DNA from: Malacoraja senta
Lineage: Eukaryota
Length of the DNA: 43,779 nucleotides
NCBI GenBank assembly: GCA_038087875.1
Contig: JAXLNO010000108.1
Coordinates: 62,001-105,779, forward strand
Direction of reading: 5' to 3'
Part shown: piece by piece, positions 11,101 to 25,018 of the stretch
How positions within the stretch are numbered: the first letter of the stretch is position 1
Layout: the number at the start of each line of letters is the position of its first letter
Program-made: the position numbers and the translations under genes
The notes under the pieces: model-generated
Told to the model about the DNA's origin: nothing
Databases searched by the model: none
What the model saw: the letters and a program-made list of their open reading frames with translations, nothing else

Positions 11101-14100
11101 GGTGTACCATGACACCCAGGTCTCGCTGCATCTCCCCATTTCCTAATCGGCCACCATTTAGATAATAGTCTGCCTTCCCGTTTTTGCCACCAAAGTGGAT
11201 AACCTCACATTTATCCACATTATACTGCATCTGCCAAACATTTGCCCACTCACCCAGCCTATCAAAGTCACCTTGCAGTCTCCTAGCATCCTCCTCACAG
11301 CTAACACTGCCCCCCAGATTAGTGTCATCCGCAAACTTGGAGATGTTGCTTTCAATTCCCTCATCCAGTTCATTAATATAAATTGTAAATAGCTGGGGTC
11401 CCAGCACTGAGCCTTGCGGTACCCCACTAGTCACTGCCTGCCATTGTGAAAAGGACCCGTTTACTCCTACACTTTGCTTCCTGTTTGCCAGCCAGTTCTC
11501 TATCCACATCAATACTGACCCCCCAAAACCGTGTGATTTAAGTTTGTATCCTAATCTCTTATGTGGTACCTTGTCGAAAGCCTTCTGAAAGTCCAGATAC
11601 AACACATCCACTGGTTCTTCCCTATCCACTCTACTAGTTACATCCTCGAAAAATTCTATAAGATTCGTCAGACACGATTTACCTTTCGTAAATCCATGCT
11701 GACTTTGTCCAATGATTTCACCACTTTCCAAATGTGCTGCTATCCCATCTTTAATAACTGACTCTAGCAGTTTACCCACTACCGATGTTAGACTAACTGG
11801 TCTGTAATTCCCCGTTTTCTATCTCCCTCCCTTCTTAAAAAGTGGGGTTACGTTTGCTACCCTCCAATCCTCAGGAACTACTCCAGAATCTAAAGAGTTT
11901 TGAAAAATTATCACTAATGCATCCACTATTTCTGGAGCTACTTCCTTAAGTACTCTGGGATGCAGCCTATCTGGCCCTGGTGATTTATCGGCCTTTAATC
12001 CATTCAATTTACCCAACACCACTTCCCGACTAACCTGGATTTCACTCAGTTCCTCCATCTCCTTTGACCCGCGGCCCCCTGCTATTTCCGGAAGATTATT
12101 TATGTCTTCCTTAGTGAAGACGGAACCTAAGTAGTTATTCAATTGGTCCGCCATATCCTTGTTCCCCATGATCAATTCACCTGTTTCTGACTGCAAGGGA
12201 CCTACATTTGTTTGAACTAATCTCTTTCTCTTCACATATCTATAAAAACTTTTGCAGTCAGTTTATATGTTCCCTGCCAGTTTCCTTTCATAATCTATTT
12301 TCCCTTTCCTAATTAAGCCCTTTGTCCTCCTCTGCTTGTCTCTGAATTTCTCCCAGTCCTCTGGTATGCTGCTTTTTATGGCTAATTTGTACGCATCATC
12401 TTTTGCTTTGATACTATCCCTGATTTCCCTTGTTATCCACGGATGCACTACCTTCCCTGATTTATTCTTTTGCCAAACTGGGATGAACAATTTTTGTAGT
12501 TCATCCATGCAGTCTTTAAATGCCTTCCATTGCATATCCACCGTCAACCCTTTTAGAACTAATTGCCAGTCAATCTTGGCCAATTCACGTCTCATACCCT
12601 CAAAGTTACCTTTCTTTAAGTTCAGAACCGTTGTTTCTGAATTAACAATGTCACTCTCCATCCTAATGAGGAACTCAACCATATTATGGTCACTCTTGCC
12701 CAAGGGGGCACGCACAACAAGACTGCTAACTAACCCTTCCTCATTACTCAATACCCAGTCTAGAATAGCCTGCTCTCTCGTTGGTTCCTCTACATGTTGG
12801 TTTAGATAACTTTGTCCAATGATTTCACCACTTTCCAAATGTGCTGCTATCCCATCTTTAATAACTGACTCTAGCAGTTTCCCCACTACCGATGTTAGAC
12901 TAACTGGTCTGTAATTCCCCGTTTTCTCTCTCCCTCCCTTCTTAAAAAGTGGGGTTACGTTTGCTACCCTCCAATCCTCAGAAACTACTCCAGAATCTAA
13001 AGAGTTTTGAAAAATTATCACTAATGCATCCACTATTTCTGGAGCTACTTCCTTAAGTACTCTGGGATGCAGCCTATCTGGCCGAGGTGATTTATCGGCC
13101 TTTAATCCATTTAATTTACCCACCACCACTTCCCGACTAACCTGGATTTCACTCAGTTCCTCCATCTCCTTTGACCAAGGAACTGCATCATTTCCTTCTT
13201 GGTATTAGGTTTTGGGGCGGCGAGCATTCCCAACCTACGATTTTCATCCAGTTCCCGTCCTTCCTGTGATATGTCATGTCCCAGGCACTTCACCTTATCT
13301 TTACACAGTTGCAACTTTCCTTTGCTTAGCTTATGGCCTTGTTCTGACAGGAACTCTAATAGACGTACGGTATCTTCCTTACAGTCTTCTAGGGTTGTAG
13401 AACAAACTAGGATGTCGTCCACGTATAGTAGGATTGTACTTTCTCGAGGGGGTGTGAATCTTTCCAGATTCCAACCCATGGCCATAGAAAAAATGGTTGG
13501 ACTCTCGGTATACCCCTGTGGCAATCTGGTATATGTCCATCTCTTCCCCTCAAACGTGAAGGCGAACCAGAACTGGCACTCGGGATGTACTGGTATGGAG
13601 AAGCAATCGTTTGCCAAGTCAATAACGGTGAAGTACTTATGAGTGGGGTGGATGTCACTTAAAAGGGGCGCTGGGGTCTGGGACTCATGGAGCCCTGGGA
13701 ATAACTGCGCGATTTACCGCCTGCAGGTCCTGGACCAGCCTCCATCCGTTGGAGGGTGCCGCTTTTCTTACTGGAAACATTGGCGTGTTGCACGGGGAAT
13801 CTTCACAAGGAATTATAACCAATTTTACCCCTAGTGCTTTGAATATTGGCCGTATTCCCTCAATGGCCTCTTTTCTCAGGGGGTATTGTCTTTGGTATGG
13901 TCGGTGGGACGTTCGTGGGGTCACTCGTATGGAGCTGACTCCTTTCATTAGTCCTACATCAGATGGTCCTGTCGACCATAGTTCCGTTGGAAGGGGTGCT
14001 ATCAGTCCCACCTCCTGTTCCGTGAGGATCAGAACCCATTGCCCCCCTTCCCCATCCAATCATCCCCTTCCTTCAGCTAGGTGGACCCATTTCATTCCCC

Positions 14101-15070
14101 TCGTTGTCCAATTCAACGTGCGGGTGAATATTGTTGTATCGTCCCCTCGGAACACCTGTCTTTCTTAATTCACAGCTTTCCACTTCCCTTTGGCTACCAG
14201 CTCCCCCAAGTATCTCCATCTCCCCCCCTTGTTTCTTGGATACTGACACATGTGGCCGCGAACGATATCCCCTGAATAACTCATAGTCCTGTTTTCTCAA
14301 TTTGACAGCGGCGGCCGCGTTCCCTTGTTCGTCCCATTACAGGTAGGTCAGTGTCACAGTGGAATATGGTTCTTTCATGAACTTTTGCTCATAATTTTTA
14401 TCCGGCCCCGTGGTATATTTAAACCACATGGTACAATGCAATTTTCCAGGTCTATGTAAGATCGCTTCTGGAGAAATGTTTCCCTTTACTTCTCTAACAA
14501 ATTCGTCCACTATTGCCACCGGTCCGTTTTTAGCCAGGTCGATGGTAATGAGGTTCGCCTGCCCCTTCCTGAACCATTATGTCTGCATTGCCTGGCGCTA
14601 GACGTATCGCCCTCATTCCTTGTGCCATGGTATTGACACCTATTTTCAGTCCCATCATAACATCTCTTCCCAAGAGGTTTACTGGACATGTGGCGGACAC
14701 TAGTACCTGCTCTTCCCATTTGTCGTGGGACAGGGGTTCTTCGAACTGTAATGGTTCGGTCAGGTATTCTACATTGGTGTGTCCGGTGGCGGACTTTACT
14801 GTTATTGAATCTTTTGAATAGACCGCTCCAGGGGGCTCGTCGTCTTTTGTGATAACTGTCTTGCATGCTCCACTATCACACAGGAAGGTCAATTTCTGTC
14901 CACTAACAATTAAACATATTGTTGGTTTCACAAAGTCTTGTAAGACGTGCAATATACATTCCAGATCCAATACATGGTGGGTGCCTGAGTCGGAGGGTGA
15001 GTCTTGATTAATTTCAGAATTTGTATCGGTCCTCTATTTCTATCCACCCCCCTCCGCTGACTTCCGTCAG
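8127..15070 (-). pseudogene. pol: pro-pol (PR, 2H-like domain, RT, RNase H, IN), interrupted by a CR1 insertion and stops
   Basis: PR motif FLCDSGA; RT motifs LPQG and YVDD; RNase H motifs YVDGS, SAQAAEL and IYTDS. IN has HHCC (H-GVT-H..CEIC) and D,D35E (MDF, SDNG, VERTN), with C-terminal RPYQVLLATPTAV..WVH. Confidence 0.95.
10397..13175 (-). mobile_element. Young CR1-clade LINE inserted in pol (absent from copy 2)
   Basis: RT ORF 10538-11779 (YLDFQKAFDKV, GVPQGSVLGP, FADD) and a (CTATGTAT)n tail at about 10397-10416. The empty site AGCCATAC|CAAGG is at 37451-37463. No clear TSD, only microhomology. Confidence 0.95.
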
Positions 15071-16584
15071 TCATGCTCGTTCCTGGGCACGGGGATTTGG
15101 GTCTCCCTCCTCGTCCCCTTCTGCGGGACCCCTTTTCGCCTGTGGGCAGTGTCGAGCCCAATTGCCAATCCCACAGACGAAACATCAATTTCCTTTAGGA
15201 GTCTCCCCCCCCCTGCACTTTCCACGGCCTCTACCTCGCCCCCTTGGGTTTCCCATTTGTTGGTAGTATACTGAGACCATATTATCATCCATCCCCTCCA
15301 CGTCTGTCAGATAGACATTTTTTGTTGTTTTCTTAGTTTTTATGTTTTTCTCCGCATGGACTGCCCAATATTTTAAGTCATTTATTGCCTTTTTTCCACC
15401 CCACCATATGTTTCTTGATATACGAACTAATTTCTGGTTTTAACCCGTTTAACAGTTCTATTTTTAATTGTTGGGCATACAGTCCCGCGTCATCGTATGC
15501 CCCCGTCGGAGGTATCTGTCAACTATGGGCTTCATTAATCACCTTAAGCCGGGCGAAGTAGTGGAGAACCTCCTCATCCTTACCCTGGGTACATTCTCGA
15601 ATCTTTTTATAATCTACTCGCCTCCTGAAGTGATCTAGTATTCGTGCATGTATAGCCTCTCTTCTAGTGGTATATACTCCTACTCCTGCTGCCCATTGCA
15701 TTGGTTCTCCGTTGTGGAGAGCAGTCCAGTCTCCTTCAATGAGACACCAATCGCACCCGAGTGCACTTCGCAACGCTTCTTCATCACTATTTAAACGATA
15801 ACTGACAACCAGGTTTCCAAAATCACGCTGCCACCTTGCAAAATTGTCTCGTGGATGGGGAATGCCCTCTACAGCCCTTTTTACGTCTTTATTTTTCCAT
15901 GGACGGTCCGCCCACATTGGCGTCCGGATTTGGCATTGCAATCATAAGGTAAATCCCTCCCCCATTAAGACCATTTAAATTTGGCGCTACAGAACTAAGG
16001 GAATGGCTTACTTCATCGGCTAGATTTATCACATTACCTATAAAGGGGCTGTAAGGCCTACCTGTTTGGGTGACACTACGATTTTGCAAACCTGGTTGTT
16101 GTGGAACATCCTGCGCCACATGGACTTGGACCATCGTTGTCGGTAGTCCTGAGGCTTCCCTCTCTCCCACTGGTGGCGAGGCCACTCCTCCTGCTGTATA
16201 TGGAGGGGGGGGGCACTTGCCAACCCAAGTGGTGGTGCTGGCGCTGTCGCCGGCGACCGGTAGAATACTTCATTGTCTCCTTTTCGTAGATACGCTGTGG
16301 TGGGTGCCTCTCTCTTTTTCTCTTTATCGTCCTGGCCTTCCTTCCTCGCCCTCGCCACGCCATGCCAGATTCTTGCCTCTTGGTACCCCAACTTCTCCTT
16401 GTCTGTCCGCTGTTTCGTGGCATCTCTCGCAATGGCAGACATTAGTTTACAACAATCTTCAATCAGTAGCTTCCCACTAAACCCGTATCTCTTTCCACAT
16501 CTTTAAGTATTTACAATTGTGTTTACTTTGTAAAAACACACACTTTTCATCTCCGTCATAATCCTTTGAGTTTGCCGAAACCAT
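15071..16584 (-). pseudogene. gag: Retroviral gag, degraded
   Basis: ATG at 16584 (MVSANSK), a proline-rich region, capsid/MHR-like CTQGKDEEVLHYFARL, and a degenerate zinc knuckle near 15140-15185. Terminal TGA at 15071-15073. Confidence 0.85.
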
Positions 16585-16935
16585 ACTCCCCGCCTTCTGT
16601 TAGTACTTACGGCTTCTGAGGTCAAGTCGCACTTGACTCACTATAATCTTGAAGTCCCAGACTTCTGTCCTACGGCCGCGCCGTTTGGAGAAGTAGTCGC
16701 ATTATTCTCTGAATTTGTCCCAGACAATTTTTTCCCCTGCCGGGTCCTACACAGGTCAGTGGGAAAATAAATGGTTCGACAAAGTCAAATTACTTAACCC
16801 GGGGGTCCCTTACTATGGAACATTCAGTTATATTCCGGTCGTGTCGATTGGACCCCGTCACTCTGCTTCCACCTTCCGTAAATCCTTAAAGTGGGCGCTC
16901 TTGATTTTTTGGAAAAAGGCAGCAGAGGTATTGGG

Positions 16936-16953
16936 GCCCCACGTTGGGCTCCA
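16936..16953 (-). promoter_or_regulatory. Primer-binding site, tRNA-Lys1,2 type (1 mismatch)
   Basis: TGGAGCCCAACGTGGGGC, 4 nt downstream of the 5' LTR CA. Copy 2 has the perfect form. Confidence 0.92.
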
Positions 16954-16957
16954 ATTA

Positions 16958-17409
16958 TGTTAGAAATATTTTCCCCAACAAACGACAGCCACAGCAATTA
17001 GAATGCAACTGAATGTTTTATTGAGAGTAAGGTCTCACAGAATACAGAGGTCTGCGGGCGTTTCTCTGCTCAATCAATTCCCCAAGCCTTCCTTTATACA
17101 GTGGAGTAAACAAGGAGGTCTTGACTACAATCCTATCTTATCACGAGGTCAAGCAAAGTAAAATCCACAGTCAGCATATAATATCGGACAAGGTCGTACA
17201 AAGTGCAAACCACAATCAACACGTTATATCGGACTTCTGTAATTTGAGCAAAAGCAGTAAGCTCTGTCTAACTAAATAGCTATTTTTCGCAAGACCCGGG
17301 GTCTGCGGTTAATAGCGATGAGCAATGTCTACAACTAAGCATTCTGCTTGCATAAGCATTTTCTTAAGGTTACAGTCCCTGATAGCCAGAGGAATGAATT
17401 TTTCTATCA
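16958..17409 (-). repeat. 5' LTR of ERV copy 1 (452 bp)
   Basis: Imperfect terminal inverted repeats TGATAGAAAAATT..AATATTTCTAACA. TATAAA at 17093-17098 and AATAAA at 17017-17022 on the minus strand. Confidence 0.95.
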
Positions 17410-18196
17410 AGAAACAAATTTGCAAATACTTTACAGCCAATACGTTTCCTGTAAACATTTTTTTAACAGCCAAGAGAAACAAATTTCCAAATACTTTACA
17501 ACCAAATCATTTGCTGAAAAAACACACAGACACACACACTCACAACCAATACGAAAAATGCCAAGTAACTTCAGAACGTGGTAAACATACAGTGTGTAAA
17601 CCGAACGATTCAAACGTTTAAAGCCTCCTGCAGAGACGGCTTCTGAAACAAAAACATGCTTTAAATAACATCCAACAAACACACTTACCATAGACAGAGC
17701 AGTAAAGCTCTCGTGTATTATTCAGCAGCGCCTGCACTCTGTGTCTTCTGCAGTCAGCGCCATCTTGCCACGAAACAGAAATTACGCACACGGCGCCATC
17801 TTGCCGCTATCCGGAAAATACGTCATCGACGCCATCTTGCAACCAAGCGAAAATCACAGAATGAGCGCCAATTTAAAAATTAAACACAGTGCTGATCTAA
17901 TAAAATGTTTATTCATGCTTTATCCATCTGAAAACTGTTGCAAACATTTTAACAGCCAACAGAAGCAAATTTGCAAACTCTTTACAACCAAAATGAATGG
18001 GGAATTGTTTAAAAACATTCATATCTCTCTCATTTTTCATCGACGGGAAATATTATCTGGTCCAGGAAGGCGGAAGGCGTCTCTGAGCGAGGTGGCCAAA
18101 AATGACGGCCGTAGGTGGCGGCATTTCCTCGGAAATCGCACCAGAGTGGGCCGAAAGGGGATCATGATCAGACTTTTATTAATATAGATATACAGC

Positions 18197-18457
18197 TCAG
18201 ACACACCCATTTTCCGACCGAGTGTCGTCACAAAGCACTCTCCAGCGCTCCAACGGCACCTCGCATAGCAGGACGGGCCACTCCGGCCGGGAGGGGGCAC
18301 TCCAGCGCTCCAACGCCACTTCCCACATTTTCAAACACTTGCATTGGTCACTCTTCCACGCTGCAACCTTCGGCATAGGTGATTCTTCCAATCGCACTTC
18401 CACAACGTTCTACAAGCCCTCACCCAAAACACTCAGGCGAAGAGCTGACTGCTTCAT
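18197..18457 (-). pseudogene. Small intronless ORF of unknown function (86 codons, one internal TAG)
   Basis: TATATAAAAG about 40 nt upstream of the ATG and AATAAA at 18175-18180 just after the stop. Same layout in copy 2. Confidence 0.4.
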
Positions 18458-19037
18458 TCTGACTTCGCTGACATCGCTCTCTTTAACGATAAGCTTTTAT
18501 ATATTTTTACGACATTAACCGGATCGCGGGTTGCTTTTTCAGTTTTACACTTGTTTATATTTAATGAAAAAATATATTTTAACGTCGGTTTAAACGGTTT
18601 GCGGGTTGCTTTTTCATTTTTGCACTTTTATATATTTATTTAAAAAAGACTTGCCTAATGCATGTATAGACATTTGTTAAATCGGAATTTCACGCTTTAA
18701 TTAAGCTGCTGCTTGCAAAAAAAATCTCCATTTCAATCAATAGCTTTCATTTTACTAGTTGCCTTAATTTAAAAAAGACTTGCCGATTGCATTTATTGTC
18801 TTTTTGTTTTAAATCGCCGCTTTTACCTTTATTGAAATTGCCGATTTTATTGATTAATTGGGATTTCACACTTTAATTGGACTGCTGCTAAATAAAAAAT
18901 CGCCATTTCATTCATTTCCTTTTATTTCACACTAGTTGCCTTTTTAAATTTTAAAAAAAACGATTACTTGTCCGGCTCCCACGTAAACGGAGCACAACCC
19001 AACAACCGCTCTTCCAGAACATTCTGACTTCGCTGAC

Positions 19038-22000
19038 ATAGAAACATAGAAACATAGAAATTAGGTGCAGGAGTAGGCCATTCGGCCCTTCGAGCCTGCA
19101 CCGCCATTCAATATGATCATGGCTGATCATCCAACTCAGTATCCCGTACCTGCCTTCTCTCCATACCCTCTGATCCCTTTAGTCACAAGGGCCACATCTA
19201 ACTCCCTCTTAAATATAGCCAATGAACTGGCCTCGACTACCCTCTGTGGCAGAGAGTTCCAGAGATTCACCACTCTCTGTGTGAAAAAAGTTCTTCTCAT
19301 CTCGGTTTTAAAGGATTTCCCCCTTATCCTTAAGCTGTGACCCCTTGTCCTGGACTTCCCCAACATCGGGAGCAATCTTCCTGCATCTAGCCTGTCCAAC
19401 CCCTCAAGAATTTTGTAAGTTTCTATAAGATCCCCTCTCAATCTCCTAAATTCTAGAGAGTATAAACCAAGTCTATCCAGTCTTTCTTCATAAGACAGTC
19501 CTGACATCCCAGGAATCAGTCTGGTGAACCTTCTCTGCACTCCCTCTATTGCAATAATGTCCTTCCTCAGATTTGGAGACCAAAACTGTATGCAATACTC
19601 CAGGTGTGGTCTCACCAAGACCCTGTACAACTGCAGTAGAACCTCCCTGCTCCTATACTCAAATCGTTTTGCTATGAAAGCTAACATACCATTCGCTTTC
19701 TTCACTGCCTGCTGCACCTGCATGCCTACTTTCAATGACTGGTGTACCATGACACACAGGTCTCGCTGCATCTCCCCTTTTCCTAGTCGGCCACCATTTA
19801 GATAATAGGCTGCTTTCCTGTTTTTGCCACCAAAATGGATAACCTCACATTTATCCACATTATACTGCATCTGCCAAACATTTGCCCACTCACCCAGCCT
19901 ATCCAAGTCACCTTGCAGTCTCCTAGCATCCTCCTCACAGCTAACAGTGCCCCCCAGCTTCGTGTCATCCGCAAACTTGGAGATATTGCCTTCAATTGCC
20001 TCATCCAGATCATTAATATATATTGTAAATAGCTGGGGTCCCAGCACTGAGCCTTGCGGTACCCCACTAGTCACTGCCTGCCATTGTGAAAAGGACCCGT
20101 TTACTCCTACTCTTTGCTTCCTGTTTGACAGACAGTTCTCTATTCACATCAATACTGAACTCCCAATGCCATGTGCTTTACGTTTGTATACTAATCTCTT
20201 ATGTGGGACCTTGTCGAAAGCCTTCTGGAAGTCCAGATACACCACATCCACTGGTTCTCCCCTATCCACGCTACTAGTTACATCCTCGAAAAATTGTATA
20301 AGATTCGACAGACATGATTTACATTTCGTAAATCCATGCTGACTTTGTCCAATGATTTTACCACTTTCCAAATGTGCTGCTATCCCATCTTTAATAACTG
20401 ACACTAGCAGTTTCCCCACTACCGATGTTAGACTAACTGGTCTGTAATTCCCCGTTTTCTCTCTCCCTCCCTTCTTAAAAAGTGGGGTTACGTTTGCTAC
20501 CCGCCAATCCTCAGGAACTACTCCAGAATCTAAAGAGTTTGAAAGATTATTACTAATGCATCCATTATTTCTGGAGCTACTTCCTTAAGTACTCTGGGAT
20601 GCAGCCTATCTGGCCCTGGGGATTTATCGGCCTTTAATCCATTCAATTTACCCAAAACCACTTCCCGACTAACCTGAATTTCACTCAATTCCTCCAACTC
20701 CTTTGACCCGCGGTTCCCCTGCTATTTCCGGCAGATTATTTATGTCTTCCTTAGTGAAGACGGAACCAAAGTAGTTATTCAATTGGTCCGCCATATCCTT
20801 GTTCCCCATGATCAACTCACCTGTTTCTGACTGCAAGGGACCTACATTTGTTTTAACTAATCTCTTTCTTTTTACATATCTATAAAAAACGTTTGCATTC
20901 AGTTTTTATGTTCCCTGCCAGTTTTCTTTCATAATCTATTTTTCCTTTCCCAATTAAGCCCTTTGTCCTCCTCTGCTGGTCTCTGAATTTCTCCCAGTCC
21001 TCCGGTATGCTGCTTTTTCTGGCTAATTTGTACGCATCATCCTTGGCTTTGATACCATCCCTGATTTTCCCTTGTTATCCACGGATACACCACCTTCCCT
21101 GATTTATTCTTTTGCCAAACTGGGATGAACATGTTTTGTAGTTCATCATGCAGTGTTTAAATGTCTTCCATTGCATGTCCACCGTCAACCCTTTTAGAAT
21201 TAATTGCCAGTCAATCTTGGCCAATTGACATCTCATACCCTCAAAGTTACTTTTCTTTAAGTTCAGAACCATTGTTTCTGAATTAACAAGGTCACTCTCC
21301 ATCCTAATGAAGAACTGAACCATATTATGGGCACTCTTGCCCAAGGGGGCACGTACAACAAGACTGCTAACTAACCCTTACTCATTACTCAATACCCATA
21401 GTAAAATAGCCTGCTCTCTCGTTGGTTCCTCTACATGTTGATTTAGATAACTATTCCGCATACATTCCAAGAAATCCTCTTCCTCAGCACCCCTGCCAAT
21501 TTGATTCACCCAATCTATATGTAGATTGAAGTCACCCATTATAACTGTTTTGCCTTTGTCGCACGCATTTCTAATTTCCTGTTTGATACCATCTCCAACT
21601 TCACTACTACTGTTAGGTGGCCTGTACACAACACCCACCAGCGTTTTCTTCCCCTTAGTGTTTCGCAGCTCTACCCATACCGATTCCACATTCTCGAACC
21701 TAATGTCCTTCCTTTCCATTGCGTTAATCTCCTCTCTAATCAGCAACGCTACCCCACCTCCTTTTCCTTTCTCTCTGTCCCTCCTGAATATTGAATATCC
21801 CTGGATGTTCAGCTCCCAGCCTTGGTCACGCTGGAGCCATGTCTCCGTGATCCCAACTATATCATAGTCATTAATAGCTATCTGCACATTCAACTCATCC
21901 ACCTTATTACGAATGCTCCTTGCATTGAGACACAAAGCCTTCAGGCTTGTGTTTACAACACTCTTACCCCTTATACAATTATGTTGAAAAGTGGCCCTTT

Positions 22001-22347
22001 TTGATTTTTGCCCTGGTTTTGTCTGCCTGCCACTTTTACTTTTCACCTTGCTACCTATTGCTTCTACCCTCATTTTACACCCCTCTGTCTCTACGGTCAC
22101 ACATTTAAGAAACCCTTTCCCTTTAACTCCATCCTCCACTATCCCATTCGACACCCCACCCCCCCTTATTCAGTTTAAAACCACCCGTGTAGCAGTGGCA
22201 AACCTGCCTGCCAGAATGCTGGTCCCACACCTGTTAAGATGCAACCCGTCCCTTTTGTACAGTTCCCCCTTACCCCAAAACAGATCCCAGTGATCTAAGA
22301 ATCTAAATCCCTGCCCCGTGCACCAGTTCCTCAGCCACACGTTCAGG
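19038..22347 (-). mobile_element. Young CR1-clade LINE with near-complete ORF2 (APE endonuclease + RT), frameshifted; absent from copy 2
   Basis: EN ORF 21378-22154 (LNARS, ITETW, YRPP, GDFN), RT ORF 19136-20074 (FADD), and a (CTATGTTT)n tail. Probable TSD TGAC at 19034-19037 and 22348-22351. The empty site is near 43326. Confidence 0.95.
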
Positions 22348-23429
22348 TGACTTCGCTCTCTTTCACGATAATCTTTTATATATTTTATATTAGTTGCATT
22401 AAAAAAAATCGATATTGCATTGATTTACCTTTTAAATTTAAAAAAGACGGATATTTTGCATTTTCATTATTACTTCACGATTTTACCCATTATTTAGACT
22501 GCTGCATGAAAAACGACAACGATTTCATTGATTAACATTTATTGAAGAAAAACGTGGCAATTGAATTCATTAACAATTATTTTGCAAGAGTTCCATGCAT
22601 TGAATCACATTTATTTAAAAAGAGTTGGATTTTTAAAAAAATACATTGATTCAGATGCAATACTTCGCTATTGCATTCATTTACAGTCGCAATTAAAGGC
22701 CCTTTTACTATGCTCCTTTATTAAAAAGATGTATTTTTAAATATACTTTGCGATTACATTCATTAAGATTTATTTTATGAGTTGCATTATTTTTTAACAT
22801 ATATACAGTTGGATTTCTAAACAGCTTCGCGATTGAATAAGTTTTATTTCAACACAGTTGCATTTCCAAACATACTTCGCGATTCAGTTCCATAATATTT
22901 TCAGTTACAGTTGCAATTAAAATACCGTTTCATTCACATTGATATCATTCCACAGGAAAAGCTCCATTTGCATCCAATTAATCTGTGTTCATTAACAACT
23001 GAGATTGTTTTGGGGCTATTTTATTTATTTAAAAACAGTTTATTTAAACACAGTTGGATTAAAAAAAAGATCTGGCGATTACACTGATTAAGATTTATTA
23101 TCGGAGAGTTGAATTTTTAACAAATATACAGCTATATTTTCATTTATAATTGCAATTAAAATATTTTTCATTCACATTGTTTTAATTCCACATGAAAGAC
23201 ACAATTTTCATCCATTTAATCGGTGCTCATTAACAACTGAGATTGTGTTTGGGGTATTTTTTTAGTTAATCATTGGGTTATTTTAAATGAAAAAGATCTT
23301 TTCATTTACAGTTGCAATTTTATAAAATCACGCCTAGATGACGGAAAAAAAGAGGTGCGGGATAGTCAAGGAAAGTCAAAAAGCGACAGCGAGAAGTAGT
23401 GAGGAACAGTAGGCACAGGAGAAGCAACA

Positions 23430-23731
<302 letters not shown>

Positions 23732-24095
23732 CAGGAGATAAGGGCAAAAGAGACGCAGCTATTCGGGGACCAGCCCTCCCATGTGACGCCACCCCCCTAC
23801 TTGGTCTCGTGCTTTCTTGAACAAATGTCCTACCATCTATTTCCCAGGACCACACAGATCTCCCAACAAACAAAGCTTTTATTTGAGTTGTGTGCATGCA
23901 TGATTACGATTTAGCCCATGACCATCAGTTCGCTCCATATCTAACCAAGTCTACATCTGTCGACTCGTTCACTAACGCAAAATGTATAAATCTTCAGGAT
24001 ATGTTGGATGTTGCAATGGGATAGGACAGATATACATGATAATATTCCTGGCGTAGATGAAACGGGAGATACAATTCTGCTGTAACGTATTGCCA

Positions 24096-25018
24096 CTAGT
24101 TTCTACATTGTTGTCCTTCCTTAACTCGTTTAAACATTATTCTCGACAGATATTTCATCCCGCTCTTCAGTTCCTCTCTGAATTTAGACTGAGTTACCGC
24201 GTAAATACACGTGTTTGTGCAGCAACTCAAAAGCAGAAGCATGTAGCTGGTTTCGTCCGCGATAAGCGACGGGTCACTGAAACCGGTAGCATAATACCGC
24301 TTTGTTATCTGTGTCCAGATGAAATATATAAAATACGTCATCCACAGCATAATAAAGTTTCCGGAAATTGCAAAGAGCAAGATGATTGACTTCCTTCTGC
24401 TTTCCAGCTCGGCGTCATTCTGATTCGCAGCATTCTTGCTGCCTCTCAGGTTCTTGCGGACTTGACTAGCCATTGAAATGTGCCCGACTGTTAGAGCGTT
24501 GAGCAATAATATCAGGAACATTGGGAGCAGAGGGCTGAAACATCGGTGAATCCAGGTGAATAATAACCATGTGGGTTCAATGAAGCATTCTTGTTTTACA
24601 CTACAGCCCCATGCTACATTGTGTACTGATAAAATAGGTTCAAATGCAAAGTACCAGGGGATGTTTTTGCAGAAGAACAGCGGACACACAGTTGCTATAA
24701 CCCTGGCTGCTGTTTTCTCGGTGCAAAATCTGGATCTCAGCTTGTGGCAACAAATCATCAAATACCGATCAAATGTGAACGAGAGTGTTAACCACACGGA
24801 AATGTCTGTGACTGCGTGGTTAAGGGCCCGGTGGAAGGAGCAGACTTGAGTAATGAAGAGAAAAGTTGATGGGAAATATAGATGATTGATACGATAAAGT
24901 AATACGTCAATTACAGCAACCAACAGATCCGCCGCAGCCATGGCCACAAGATAGCGTGATACACATTTGGAGAGACCGCATTTTCCCCGGGACAGGATGA
25001 CAATCGATATCACATTAG
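24096..25018 (-). CDS. Class A orphan GPCR (GPR139/GPR142-like family), exon 2
   Basis: Hydrophobic helices, YLVAMAAADLL (TM2), FTFDRY (TM3) and CTNTCIY (TM7). The acceptor has CTAAT, a pyrimidine tract and CAG at 25019-25021. Stop TAG at 24096-24098; AATAAA at 23878-23883. Confidence 0.9.

Larger units (their letters stand above)
5620..17409 (-). mobile_element. Endogenous retrovirus, class I (gamma/epsilon-like), copy 1, defective
   Basis: Paired LTRs with TG..CA ends, TSD AGAAA (5615-5619 and 17410-17414), PBS, PPT, and gene order gag-pro-RT-RNaseH-IN-env. Confidence 0.97.
3247..22801 (+). repeat. Segmental duplication copy 1
   Basis: Colinear with 29841-43779 (GTTTGAAATACCGT at both starts), apart from two CR1 insertions and a deletion of about 0.4 kb near 3828. 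The right end shown is only where copy 2 leaves the window. Confidence 0.95.

Noticed and set aside
9000..16500. Numerous plus-strand ORFs over the ERV and CR1
   Set aside because: They are antisense shadows of the minus-strand coding frames, with no independent motifs or promoter evidence.
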